From assembly GCF_001194135.2 (NCBI RefSeq), contig NC_068994.1, positions 53,606,546-53,670,545 of the forward strand: DNA of 64,000 nucleotides. Reading direction: 5' to 3'. A program made the translations under genes and the position numbers. Shown here piece after piece: positions 1-12,800 of this stretch. Every line of letters begins with the position of its first letter. The stretch's first letter is position 1. The DNA comes from Octopus bimaculoides. Its lineage: Eukaryota. The notes beneath the pieces are model-generated. The model searched no databases. It was not told the DNA's origin and saw only the letters and a program-made list of their open reading frames with translations.

Positions 1-144
1 TATATATATATATGTATAAATTAAAACAGTAAGATAAAAAAATTGGATATTAATTAATATCAATTTAATACCATGGAACTAGCACATTGAAAGAAACAGG
101 AGATTCAGAAAAATTGTCTGAGATCTCAAAGGATTATTGTATAT

Positions 145-238
145 GTATATATAAAGGAGACCACTAGGTGGACGGCTAGTGTGCTAGAAAAATGTAATCT
201 TCTTCTAGCACATTAGGCGTACACCTAGTGGTCTTCTT

Positions 239-247
<9 letters not shown>
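145..247. mobile_element. Small foldback/MITE-like element
   Basis: TATATATAAAGGAGACCACTAGGTG pairs with CACCTAGTGGTCTTCTTTATATATA (1 mismatch); inner arms TAGTGTGCTAGAA / TTCTAGCACATTA. Confidence 0.5.
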
Positions 248-285
<38 letters not shown>

Positions 286-501
286 ATATATATATATGTG
301 TGTGTGTGTATATATATATATGTGTGTGTGTATATATATATATGTGTGTGTGTGTGTATATATATGTGTGTGTACATATATATATATATATGTGTGTGTA
401 TATATAAATATATATATATAAGTTCAAAAAAGGAAAAAGACAAAAAAACAACAAAAAAGAACGTGAGGACGTGATATATATATATATGTGTGTGTGTTTT
501 G

Positions 502-547
<46 letters not shown>

Positions 548-665
548 CATATATATATATATATGTGTGTGTGTGTATATATATATATATAGGTGTATAT
601 ATATATGAGTGTGTATATATATGTGTGTATATATATATATGTATGTGTGTATATATATAAATATA

Positions 666-712
<47 letters not shown>

Positions 713-735
713 GTATATATATATATATATATATT
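238..735. repeat. Compound (TA)n/(TG)n microsatellite
   Basis: Directly visible; it generates the YIYI/THTH pseudo-ORFs. Confidence 0.98.
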
Positions 736-928
736 TTTTTCTTTTGGCTCTGGTGAGACGTCTCGGAACATTCACGATGTGAATGTTCCGAGTCCTCTCC
801 CCACCCCACCCTGTTAGCAAGCGCACTTTTTTTCTTCATATTCGTTCCCAGCAGGTTGTTTTATACCTATTACACTAAGTTTTTTTTAATTTTTGAGCTC
901 GAGTCAAACACTTTAGTTTGACCGAAAT

Positions 929-1322
929 TTTATATAAATACCTTTCAAATGGCATAGATTACGATTATAAAGAAATTTGTGGGAAAAAGGAGAGGATTTG
1001 CAAAGAGAAAAAAATTTGAAAAAAAATTTTTGATTCATTTATTTTTCATTTGAGTAATAGAAAAGGGTTTTTAAAAAGATCTAATTTATCATGGTGAGAN
1101 NNNNNNNNNNNNNNNNNNNNNNNNNNNNNNNNNNNNNNNNNNNNNNNNNNNNNNNNNNNNNNNNNNNNNNNNNNNNNNNNNNNNNNNNNNNNNNNNNNNN
1201 NNNNNNNNNNNNNNNNNNNNNNNNNNNNNNNNNNNNNNNNNNNNNNNNNNNNNNNNNNNNNNNNNNNNNNNNNNNNNNNNNNNNNNNNNNNNCTATGCCG
1301 TTTGAAAGGTATTTATATAAAA
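929..1322. repeat. Inverted repeat (30 bp, 1 mismatch) flanking an assembly gap
   Basis: TTTTATATAAATACCTTTCAAATGGCATAG at 929 and CTATGCCGTTTGAAAGGTATTTATATAAAA at 1293. Confidence 0.6.
1100..1292. other. Assembly gap (N run)
   Basis: Run of N; a further 10-N run at 1865-1874. Confidence 1.
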
Positions 1323-1923
1323 TTTAATTAAAAGATATCCATTTTCCTAAAAGTTATGAGGGAAAAAATCAGATCTTGTGAATTTTCCGAAAGTCATCTC
1401 CCCGGCTCGTTAGTGAAATTTTTTGTTTTCATATTCGTTTAATACACATTCTTTTACATCTATACACTTGTTTTTTTTTACCTCTTGGTGACCAATTTTT
1501 AAAGTATTAATTACCCGAATGTTATGTTATATTTAAGGAAGAAACTGCTAAATCCTGCACTGACAACGCTCTAACTTTTCTACCAAACCACCACTTTTAT
1601 CTATTCCATCACCTAATATAATTAATTATGAAAACATTTGACACAGGCTATAAAGACGTATGCTTTTTCCATATTCTCTCTTTTTCTTTGCCACCTGCCA
1701 ACTCGCTGGAGATTTCAACTCCTTCACTTTCACCTCGTTCTTGAACCTCTTTCTCTCACTATCCTATCTCTCCACACACATTTACACGCTATTTCTTTTT
1801 CTTTTTCTTTTTTTTTACATTTTTTGTAAATGTAGTTCTGGGCCTGCTAAAATAGGTAGCCAAANNNNNNNNNNACAAAAAAAAAAAAAAAAAAATCCAG
1901 TTAATAAAATAAAGGCATCTTGA

Positions 1924-2686
1924 GGATCTTTTCTGTTTGACTTTCACTTTTTGAAACTTTAAAACTAAGGGAAAATTTTCAAATTTGGTATATTCATATA
2001 ATTTTTCACTTAGAATTTAATGTCATTCTCTTGTTCCAGAAAAGTTTTATGAAAACATTAAAGAGGTTTAAAGGTTGATTATTTTTACCCAATCAGAAAA
2101 CAGGATTTGGAAGACTGTATTTTCTACGTGATTAAACAAAATGAAAGTGTTAGAATTTGGGTTTACGTTTAGAGTTTGGGATTAGGGTTAGAATTAGGGT
2201 TTAGTGTTAGAGTTAGAGCTTAGGGTCAGTGTCTAGTGTATGACCTGAAGTTAATCAATTAGTTACATATTTTTATTGAACATTTGTTCTTAAATTTTTC
2301 TGGAACAAGTGAATGATAAAATCAGATTCAGCATGAAAAATTACATTAATACACCAAATTTGAAAAAAACAATACATTTTTTTCTGTAGCGAAAATTCAG
2401 AAACAAAAGTTCAGAATATAGGTACATAGTGGTTGTAATCTTAAGCAGACAACAGCTTGGCTTGTTACTATGGGAACAGGCACCAATGTTTCTGTAGCTT
2501 ACAACAGGTTAAAATTACCCAAGAACTGCAAACTTAAAAAGCTATTCACTTTTTATTTATTAATTTACAGCAAAAATTAATTCCATTTCCATAATTAGCA
2601 TACAAAACTACATTAATACACCAAATTTGAAATGAATTGGAACAAAATGAAAGTAATTGAAACGAGAAAGCCAAACAGAAAGATCC
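1924..2686. mobile_element. MITE-like DNA transposon with GG-starting TIRs and a degenerate (TTAGGG)n core
   Basis: GGATCTTTTCTGTTTGACTTTC...TTTCAAATTTGG pairs with CCAAATTTGAAA...GAAAGCCAAACAGAAAGATCC. Flanks are CATCTTGA / CATCTTGG. Telomere-like repeats at 2155-2225. Confidence 0.55.
2464..2477. promoter_or_regulatory. RFX X-box motif GTTACTATGGGAAC
   Basis: 14-bp match to the X-box consensus GTNRYY-AT-RRNAAC, 675 bp upstream of copy 1 exon A. Confidence 0.5.
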
Positions 2687-3151
2687 CATCTTGGATCATG
2701 TAGACTTAAATGCATTCTTTCAATAAGGAACAGTATGGTCCTACGGGATTAAGGCTCCCCTAAAGCTAAACATTATTACATTGTTCTAAATCTCCTTCTT
2801 TTGTTTACTAACACCCCCTATATGTCTTTTCTCTCTCTCTCTCTCATTTCTTCTTGTCCATTTATATTGTTATTTTTTCCTCCAGCATCAATAACATTTT
2901 CAAGTATACTGATACTTCAACTTTGTATTTGGAGCTGTTAGAAATAGCAGCCAAATTTCCTTCAAATGACAATTATAATTCAAAAAGAAATACATTGGAT
3001 AATGTATTCCTTTTATCTCTTAACAGCTTGAGTTACTGTCTAGATGTTTTATCATTGGCACAGCAATTTTGTAGCTTTTTTTCTCTTAGAGTAATTAAGA
3101 AATTTTAATTATTATTATTTCTTTTTTCTTAATTTCTTTCTATCTTGTCAG

Positions 3152-3335
3152 ATAAAACTGAAATCTCAGAGGCTGATGTGATTGCTTCAAACCATTATTC
3201 TGTGCATCTTGACTGGTCTTCCTCTCTGCTTCAGTTCAAATACTACATTCTAAGTGATTCAGAGAGAATCTACACCATCTTGCAACAAACTGAGGGTACC
3301 TTAGAAGAGGAGAACGAGTGGAAAAATGTATATAC
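3152..3335 (+). CDS. FANK1: FANK1 copy 1 exon A (FN3 N-half)
   Basis: ttgtcag|ATAAAAC ... TATAC|gtatgt; DKTEISEADVIASNHYSVHLDW...WKNVYT. Confidence 0.88.
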
Positions 3336-5434
3336 GTATGTATGTCTCCTTGTTGAGATATTTCCTATGGGGTAGATAACCAAAAAAAAACAAACAAAAA
3401 ATATTAAGACATATTCATTTATCAGGAAATTATTGTTATTGTTGCTGTTGTCTAACATCAACTCAATGCTTGACTAACCATAAATGATCATGTGTATTCA
3501 AACACAGCGCATCTGGGGCTATTTTTATTGTTATTTAGTCCCAAGTAAACCCTGATGTAGCAGACCCGTGATCAGAAACATTTTATTGTTGACTGGGAGT
3601 TTACATCAAACTGTAAAAATCAATCAAACCAACAAAACTACCTTTCTAATTACTCAAGCATAGTTAAATAGGAATCTGCATCTAATGGTAAATAAGGTGT
3701 CTATATCTTCATGAAAAACCCATCCTGTGACTTAAGGCATACAGAAAACGAGGAGTCTAAGTATTCTGTTCTAATGTTTTGCATCTAGAAGTATTACATC
3801 TGATACATTCATCCATTTTTAAGGCATTAAGTAAATTTGGGAACTATTTATAGCTTACCAGGTGAAGTGTAATTCATAGTTGCTTCTGATATAGGCATAA
3901 GGTAAGAAATTTGTTGGGAGGAGATTAATCAATTAAATTGGCACTAGTAGTTAAATGGTACTTTATTTTATTGACACCAAAAGAATGAAAGACAAAGTTT
4001 TCTTTGGCAGGATTTGAACTCAGAATGTAAAGAGCCAGAACAAATACCACAAGGTATTTTGTCCAATACTTTAACAAATCTGCTAGTCCATTGTCCTAGC
4101 ATAACGTAATGTATAAAGAATAATATATAAAATCAAAAAAGCTTCTAGCAAATGAAATAAATATTTATTTTAATTAGATGCTAAACCAGACTTTATTGTA
4201 GAGTGGTCTAAGTTAATAGAAATGACTCTAATATATCACTGGTATTCTACTAATTTATACATGCAGAAGGTGAAAGGCAAGTTTAACACAAGCAAGATGT
4301 GAACCCAGAACTTCTACTAAATACTGTAAAACATTGAGTCCAGCACTATCTCTGCCAACCTCTAGTCCTGGCATTCCCACATTTTTAAGTATATTACACT
4401 GGTGTGTGTGTGAGAGAGAGAGAGAGAGAGAAAACAACCAACATAATAGCCATTTTATAATGCTTTTTACCTTTTTTATAGGGGATATGGTGAAAATACG
4501 ATTGTGGAGGACCTTAAACCATATCAGGAGTATCTATTTAGAATTCGGTTCCATCGAAGTGATAATAATTACACTAACTGGTCACCTCCAATAAAAGTTA
4601 TCACAGAAAGTAAGTAAACATCTTAAGTTGTTTATATTTTACTCTTTCTGTTTTTCTTTTTTATTGGTCCCAACCAGGTGGATGTAGCCATACAGAGGCT
4701 GTTACAAACACTAATTGCTATTTTTTTTCATCTTTCATATTTACAAATTTTTGGTATTTTCACAATTGTATTTATTTAATTTATATTGCATCTGGTGACA
4801 ACTTTGTCACTGGTTACAGGTCCCTAATTGTCCCATTACTAAAAATAAGCAGAGGTCAGCAATACCTGTGCAGAGTTTTAGGTCCAATAAGGCTTGCACA
4901 ACACCTCGTAGATCCTCTCCACTTTATTGACATTATCCAGATAGAAGCCAGAGCTAGATGTCTGGTGCCAATATGAGTCGCAGGCTCAGGGATGTGGGAG
5001 CGCCGTGATCTCTAGCACAAACCAAAGATCCCCAAAATGTTCAATGCCATTCCCTGCATATCTGGTTTTATATCAGAGTGACCTTCTCCTAGAGACATGC
5101 TTCAACAGAAGTTGAGGGGTGCCTCACTCCCAGTGGTCTTGCAGCACGCCGGACACCATCCTGGAATTTCTGCATACCCGTGCTATTGCTAGATAGCCAT
5201 TGAGCCTGCACTAGGTCCATCCGAGCTTTCAACAGGTCTTGTTTTTAATCCTGCTGGGTTTCTAGCAACCCTCCTCACCAGGACAGCCTGGTGGGGGTGC
5301 CAGATTAGTCGCCGGCAACCCGACCATGAAACAGGTTGTACTGGATTACATGTTACCAGTAGCACTTATGAGAGCCTCATAAGTGACCTGACATACATAC
5401 ATGTATACATACATACATGCATACATACATACAT

Positions 5435-5470
<36 letters not shown>

Positions 5471-7489
5471 CACACAAAAATGTTGTAACACTGCTCACAA
5501 AATTTGAATACCACTACTGCTGTAAATCATAGTTATGCTAAACACTACATCAAAGATATTTTACAACCACTGACCAAGTGAAGAAAAGGATCAGTGGTTC
5601 ACTTCTCCTCACTGTCTTTGAGCCATTTCTTTCCCATATGCCACATACCTTATCTCAAACCAACAAGAGAGACTCTGTGCAGTTGCTCAACTTGTTAGAT
5701 ATATTGTAGCCAAATTTACTCCAAATCATACCCCACTATCTCAGAGACAGTACATACTGGATAATGTAATCCTAGATACCCCTAAAAAGATAGGATGGTC
5801 ATAATTGAAGTGTCTGTGTCTTTAAGAAGGAGTGATCTGAACCAAAACAACAGCATACTTCTTTTATATTCTTTTAGTTTAGGATTTTCTTTAATAAATC
5901 TATCCTTTCAACATAAGATTTTAGAAGTAATACCCTTGAATTCTAGTGATTATATTTAAATAAAATTAATCAATTCGATAAAAATATAAATAAAAAAGTT
6001 ATTTTCATTCAATCCCATCTCTCTCTTCTATAGAAGAACCATACTATGGAGAGAGCTTACACAAAGCTATTCGGAACCGGAGATCTTCTGAAGTTGAGAA
6101 TGTGCTAAAGTCAGGGTAAAACACTAAGTTTTTTTTTTTTCTTAACTTTTTTCCTCTTTTGTCTTTTTGTTGAATTTTGTGTCCATTGTTGTACTGCTGC
6201 CTTTGAAGGATCTTTCTTTTTAATTCCCATTCCTCAACTTCATTACTTTCACTACCTCTATTGTTATCACCATTTTCATCAATATCTCTATCATTACTGC
6301 CAACATCATCACTATCATCCCTAAGTAATAAGTTGATGATGATGTGATGATAATGAGGAAAAGTAATGATGATCATAATAATGTAGGTGATGATAAATAA
6401 TAGTGATAAAGGTCATGGTGATGATGATCACAATATTTAATCTGATCATTATAATTAAACTGAGGATTATGATGATATTAATGATAAATAATGACAATAA
6501 TGATGAGTATGCTCATCTTAGCAATGGTAGGGATGATGATGATGTTAAGGAAGATAACACTGATGATGAGTTTTTCATGATGTATTACAGAACTGTCAAA
6601 ATTGATGTGCCAGACAATCAAGGTCTAAGTGCATTAATGAATACAGCAAAACGGGGCCAAACTGAGTAAGTACCCACTGTATATATAGTTTTATGGTGTG
6701 TATGATACTTAGTGTTGAAATGAAATAGCAAAGTGGGTAACACATAAAACTACTTGCTCTTGTGTCTTTGGGTTCAAATCTACTTTGGATATTTTATTGT
6801 GTTTGGATAGGGTACTTAATTTTATCAGTGTTTGGATAGGGTACTTAATTTAATCTCTCAGTTATCCCAGATGTCAGAAATAGTAATCTGATCAAATAAG
6901 ATAGATGGGCTTCTATTGCCGCTCTGAGTTCAGAATTCTTTCAATGAAAGAGGGTTTTTTTTTCCTCAACAAAAAAATTATTTGCAGCATATCCATTTAG
7001 TTTAAGAGCAATCACACATCTTGTCTCAAATACAATCTCAGTTAAAATCAAATCTCATAGCTCATAATCCAAGAACAAAGTGAAAAAGCCAGCCAGATTA
7101 CGCCTTGCATTTATCTCATTTGAAACACTTTTTAGCTCAGTTGGCTGCTTAGGTGAAAGCTGTCATCCAAGAAAAGCATTAGTGATTCAGATAAATCCCT
7201 GTGAGGATAAAAGAGGTTTGTCTCTATTCCTTTTGGCAGTACTCCACCTTTTGTAATTCTGAGTTTTACTGCAAATGCAAGTAGTGGGGAGCAGGAAATG
7301 TAACAATAGAACTAGAGGGAAGTCAAATAGTATAAGTGGTATATAGTTTTAGCTTGTTGAAGACTTTAATGTAGGGTGTACTTGAAACTTGTAATCTGAA
7401 AAATGTTGTATCAGAGGATTACTAGGTGTAACATGTTAAGAAATTATGAGATTAGTCAAATGTTCTTTGTTTCAATATAGTCAAGAATG

Positions 7490-7534
<45 letters not shown>

Positions 7535-9807
7535 CAGCTGCACTGTTGCAAATATATGTTGAACAATATTTTTGTAAAACATTCTTGAAGCTTAGAGACT
7601 TATATAATAAATATGTGGTCATCAGAGTGATGACTTTTTTTAATGGCTTAATCTAAGGTGTAAAGGTAATCAATATCCAAGATTGATAAGAGAAAAGAGA
7701 GGGGAAAAAAAAAAACTATAACACATGGGTTGTTGCAGTAGTTGAAGATAACCCTTAGACTAGAGAACTGACATAAATGATGGCAGCAAAATGGGATCTG
7801 CTAAAGTCACATAAGGACCAGTTGGTTATGTTCATCCTTTTGTAACCATATTTATAATGAAATTCACAGTCTATGAAGAATTTATCAAAATACTATTCTT
7901 GGCATTAAGCTAGTGTTTCAAACATAACTTCACAAAAAAATTCTTTTATAAAATTATGATAGAAAGCTTAAACTCAAGCATAAGCATTTCAAAATGCTCA
8001 GTTTTGGTTCCAGGTAGGTTGCTATAAAAAAGGGTTCAACCAGATGTTGGATTAGGTTGACTCCCAAGAACATGTAGTTTGATCGATTTCTACACAGTTT
8101 CTCTCTGTTGAATTTCACTTACAAAACTATGGTCAAGCAAAGCTATGGTAGAAAATTCTTGCCCAAAGTACTGTCCAGTGAGATTGAACATGGAACCATG
8201 AAATGACAACGCAAATATTTTAATCACAGCACTTTATCTATACATGTATATGGCTATGCCAGCATGAAAGTTTGAGTGTGTCAACTTATTTTTTTAATGA
8301 TTATATTAAATAGAATATTTATTCTATTAAACTGCCAAGATTTCAGAGTATTTTCTTTAATTAATTAGTTTGTGTCTCTAATTCTCACTGTTTCTTGCTA
8401 ATGCATATCTCTGACATACACAGAAGATCAAAATTCCAATGTGGGTTAGGACAGATATTCAGTCAATTTAATTGACCCCAGTACCTCACTGGTATATATT
8501 TTATCAACTTCAAACAATTTGAAAGATAAAAGTCAACCTTGATATGGCTTCAGTTGAAAGTTTAAAGGGACATTTCTAAATATAGCACATTTAATCAACT
8601 ATTTACTGATTCTGTTATCCCAAAATTCAATGGTTTTTATTGTATATTTCTAACAATCAGTCAGTATTGCATTGTATTGTAACTATTGTACATTGTAAAG
8701 TGTAGGTAACTACACATCCTGAAATGTTACCCTTTGTATTTCAGTATTATGGAAATGCTATTGTCCTTTAATGCTTCAGTCAATGGAAAAGATGAGTCAG
8801 GAAAAACAGCGTAAGTATTTAGAGCATCTTGTTTTATTTATTCGACAATGATTAGCAAAATTCTGGTTTAAGAACCTCATATAGCTCCTCATAACTTTTT
8901 TATTTTTTGAAATTTTCAGAAAATGTTTGCAAATTTGTGTTCTACACATGGGAATTCATATAATTATGCAAAATACAATTTTTTAAATTTTTATTTTTAT
9001 CTGAAAATTCCAAAAAATAAAAAAGTGAAGGATTACATGGCATGCTTAAACCAGAATTTCAGCATGAGTTGGACTGGCCATCGTAATCGGTCAGTTCTTA
9101 TATGAATTTACTGCCCTCTTAGGTGTGGTTAGAGGACAGTGTCTCACTTGTATATTTTCCTTTGGCATAGTTTCTATGGTTAGCTATCCTTTCTAACACC
9201 AACCACTTTACAGAGGTACTGGTTGCATTTTATTGTGAGAGGTTGCTATAGCCTCAACAAGACAAGAACTAAATTTTATGATTATATTTGATTTTAATAT
9301 TGAAAACAGAGAGATGTTTTTTTTTATTAAAATTTTGTTTTTAAACTGAAATTGAATTTCAGTTCTTATCAAAATTCAGATAAAAGTGTAACTTTGTTCC
9401 TCACCAGCAATCCTCTCCTGTTGTCTCTGTTTTGGGACACATGTTAATTTAATTCAGTGTTTCAAACAAAATTAAAAAAAAAGAAAATTGACAAAAACGA
9501 TATATAAAATAACATTTTTCTTTCTATTTTTTATGGGTTTACCTCAGTTTAATGCATGCCTGCATACATGGCCAATTGCCAGCTGTGAAGATGCTGCTCA
9601 ATAATGGTGCACTCTATAATGATTTTGATTTGGGTGGTTCTAGTCCATTGCATTATGCTGTTGACAGCTGCAAGTGTGAGCTCATTGAATGGATGATCAA
9701 GGATGGAGCAGATGTGAACATTCAAGACAGAAATGCTGGTTGGACTCCATTGATACGATGTGGTGAGTTACATTTTTTTAAAAACTGATCGGAAAGCACA
9801 TTTATTT

Positions 9808-9838
<31 letters not shown>

Positions 9839-12800
9839 GTTTTCATAACTGCCAGGTTTAAGATATGTGCATAACATCTGTCCCTTCCAAATGAGGCTGC
9901 ATATCAAGAATTAAGATGTACAGTCATCAAAAGATCCACAAAGATAAAAATGATCTTTACCAAATTCAATAGGCAACCTTAAACAAAACAAGAGTTCAAC
10001 ATATTTATTTATTTATTTATGTGTTTCAGCCAAGTGGCTGCGGTCATGCTGGTGCATCTACTACTTTCTGGAAAATGTCTGTATTTGATACAGCTAAACC
10101 TGCTTGTATATGTTTGGTGATGTTTAGTTGCATAGACAGAAGTTCATATTGAAAGACCTGAACATTCAACACTGAAAATAAAAATCAAACAGCGTTTCAA
10201 CTTTGTGTAGTATATGTGTGTACGTGCACAAGGGAAGTATGTGAATGTTTGTATGTATGAACCAGCATTCTTTCAGTAACAAACGATGATATATGTCACA
10301 TCTCAAAAGTCAACCACTAGATAACATTGATAAGTGTATTAATTTGATTTACCATCCATATTCTGTCTGTTGTGTTGCAAATAATTATTACAATCACACA
10401 CATCAACACAAACATATACATATACAAACTCATTAGAGAAAATAAATATTGCCTGAATGTATCAAGAATATAAAATGACTGCAAGTATATTATAAATACA
10501 CATTTAAGAGTCTATACATGTACCTAATTTATTTATATTAAGAAATTTATGTAATAAATTTTGAATAGGGAGTTTTTACAACATCAGCTATAAGTCATGT
10601 ACTGCTTTTTGTGGCTTTAAGTCGTATGAGTTTTGGTTGGTTTCAGTATGGAGAGCAATTGAAAGGAAACGTCACTTTGAAAAAGTTGATATTTGCTTGC
10701 CAGTATTTAGTCATGGCCAGCTTTATGTGGCCTTAAGTCATACAAGAAGGAAGGAAAACTTTAAAATTCTTTTGAAGGAAACAAGCAGTCAAGAGATGTT
10801 AATTGCGGATAGATTTTTCACGAAAAATTTGGTAATAAAAGAATTATTAAACTAAAAACTTGGTTTTGTACCTTATTTATATATAAAATACTACAATTAG
10901 CCATCATTTTTTATAGCAGGAGGCCAGCTAGTAAAAAATAAAAACTGTATATGGATTCTATTTAATTTTAAAAATAAAATGTATTTCAACTCTAACTTTA
11001 TAAACATACAATCATCATCATCGTTTAACGTCCGCTTTCCATGCCAGCATGGGTTGGACGATTTGACTGAGGACTGGTGAAACCGGATGGCAACACCAGG
11101 CTCCAATCTAATTTGGCAGAGTTTCTACAGCTGGATGCCCTTCCTAATGCCAACAATGTGTATATATATTTTTGGGGACACCCTATTTATATATATATAT
11201 TAATGTGAGGTACGCTTTTGCTGTTTATTTTTTCAGCTTCACTTTCTGGTAAAAAATTAGTTGCTCTTACATTGATCCATAATGGAGCCAATACTGATCT
11301 CAAGGACAACAATGGGAAGACCTGTTTAATGGTTGCTGTTATCAATGGCCATCAACAATTAGTGGAAGTCCTTCTGGAGAACAATGCTGATATCACAATA
11401 TCTACGGTTAGTCGATTGCCACCCCCTTTATTTTCATCATTGATCATTTCCCTCCTTTCATCATAGATTATTACCATTATTATTGTTGTTTAGCCTCAAG
11501 TTAGCCCTGATAGAACATACCTTATTCTAAAAGATATCCCAGCTGTTACCAGCCTATTTTTTTAGTATTTCAGAGACTTCATTGCTCAATATATCCTTAT
11601 TATTTACAATGTTAGCATGTGATTGCATGAAGACTTGACTGCACAGATACTCCATATTTGGCTTAAAGTATAAGTCAAGTACTTGGATTGATGTGATTAA
11701 CTAGTCCCACCCACTGAAAATTACTAGCCTTGTGTCCAAATTAGAAACAATTATTATTGTTGGCACAGTAGGTAAGAAACAAGAGCTCTAAATGAAATAT
11801 TTATACTGCCACATTTAGTTATGTTCTATTGTTTTACATCAGTTTTCCCACCTGTAATTCCATGAGTACTTATGATTCATGTTGAAACAATTGATTTCCA
11901 CAGCTGGAAGCCCTTCCTATTTACCATCTAAATGTAAACTACAAGTGATATCTGTTTTGTATCCAGTCAGCAAAAATGGATCAAGGAGTATTATATGCCT
12001 TACTTGAGTAAGGCACATAACACACACCCTGTGGCCTACTAGTACATCACTTCCTCTTTCTGCTTCTACTGCTACAATAACGGCTACTACTACTCAGAGC
12101 TGAATTTATGCCAATTGCACTCAACAATTTCTGTTCCATTCACCTCTCCTACTCTCTTCATCTTTGTTGTGTTCCTATCCCAGCCATGCACTACACCATG
12201 CCCAGTCCTTCCTTCTCAAAACATTGTTCCTCTGGAATTCCCTCCCTGCTCATGTCTTTCCTGCATAAAGATTCAAGAGGAATGGCTGTAATAATTTTCA
12301 CTTGAACTCATGATCTTCAAGTTCAGCCTACACTGATATAGTAACCTATAATATTATTGTGTTCCTGCATTCTTGTTTGTTTCATCTGTGTTATGCTTAC
12401 ACCAAGGGAGGTAATAACTTGAATGGAGAACTACAGCGAGAGAGAGAAGTGGAAGGGAGACAAAGAAATGGAATAGTGGAAAAGATAGAAAAGGAAACCA
12501 TGAAATAGAGAGAGAGGTGGGGAGAAGGTCTATATTATTCTACATTTGTGTTAAAATTGTAAGCACAATTGAAATACTTAACATACTGAAACAGTGCCAT
12601 GGCCCATAAATTTATGCTTTAAAAGATATATCAATGAATAGTTAAGTTAAAGTGAAATAACCTTAGTTAGTAAATAGTTGTGGAAATGACACTTTTATTT
12701 TTAAAGTGTTCCAGACCAAAACCTGTAACCATATTGGGGCAATGGTGTTATCCTTTTCTTTTTCTTTTTTTTTCTGTTAGGTTTAAATGTTTATTGATAT

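Noticed and set aside
176-839. Long ORFs rich in YIYI/THTH/CVCV
   Set aside because: Translations of the (TA)n/(TG)n microsatellite; the same applies to similar ORFs near 18108, 29013, 56213-56608 and 57765-58100.
1091-1099. ATG|GTGAGA as the first exon of copy 1
   Set aside because: Phase 0, whereas exon A needs phase 1; splicing would stop within 10 codons. It also lies inside an inverted-repeat element at a gap edge.
2155-2225. Relic of a telomere fusion
   Set aside because: Short, degenerate, single-orientation repeats located inside a TIR-bounded element.
2470-2507. ATG-containing first exon ending at donor 2508
   Set aside because: ATG 2470 gives phase 2, and ATG 2486 hits TAG after three codons; at most a non-coding exon.
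6403-6590. N-terminal extension of the ORF in frame with exon D
   Set aside because: Low-complexity GAT/AAT intronic tract; the frame is not open in copies 2 and 3, and a conserved acceptor sits at 6590.
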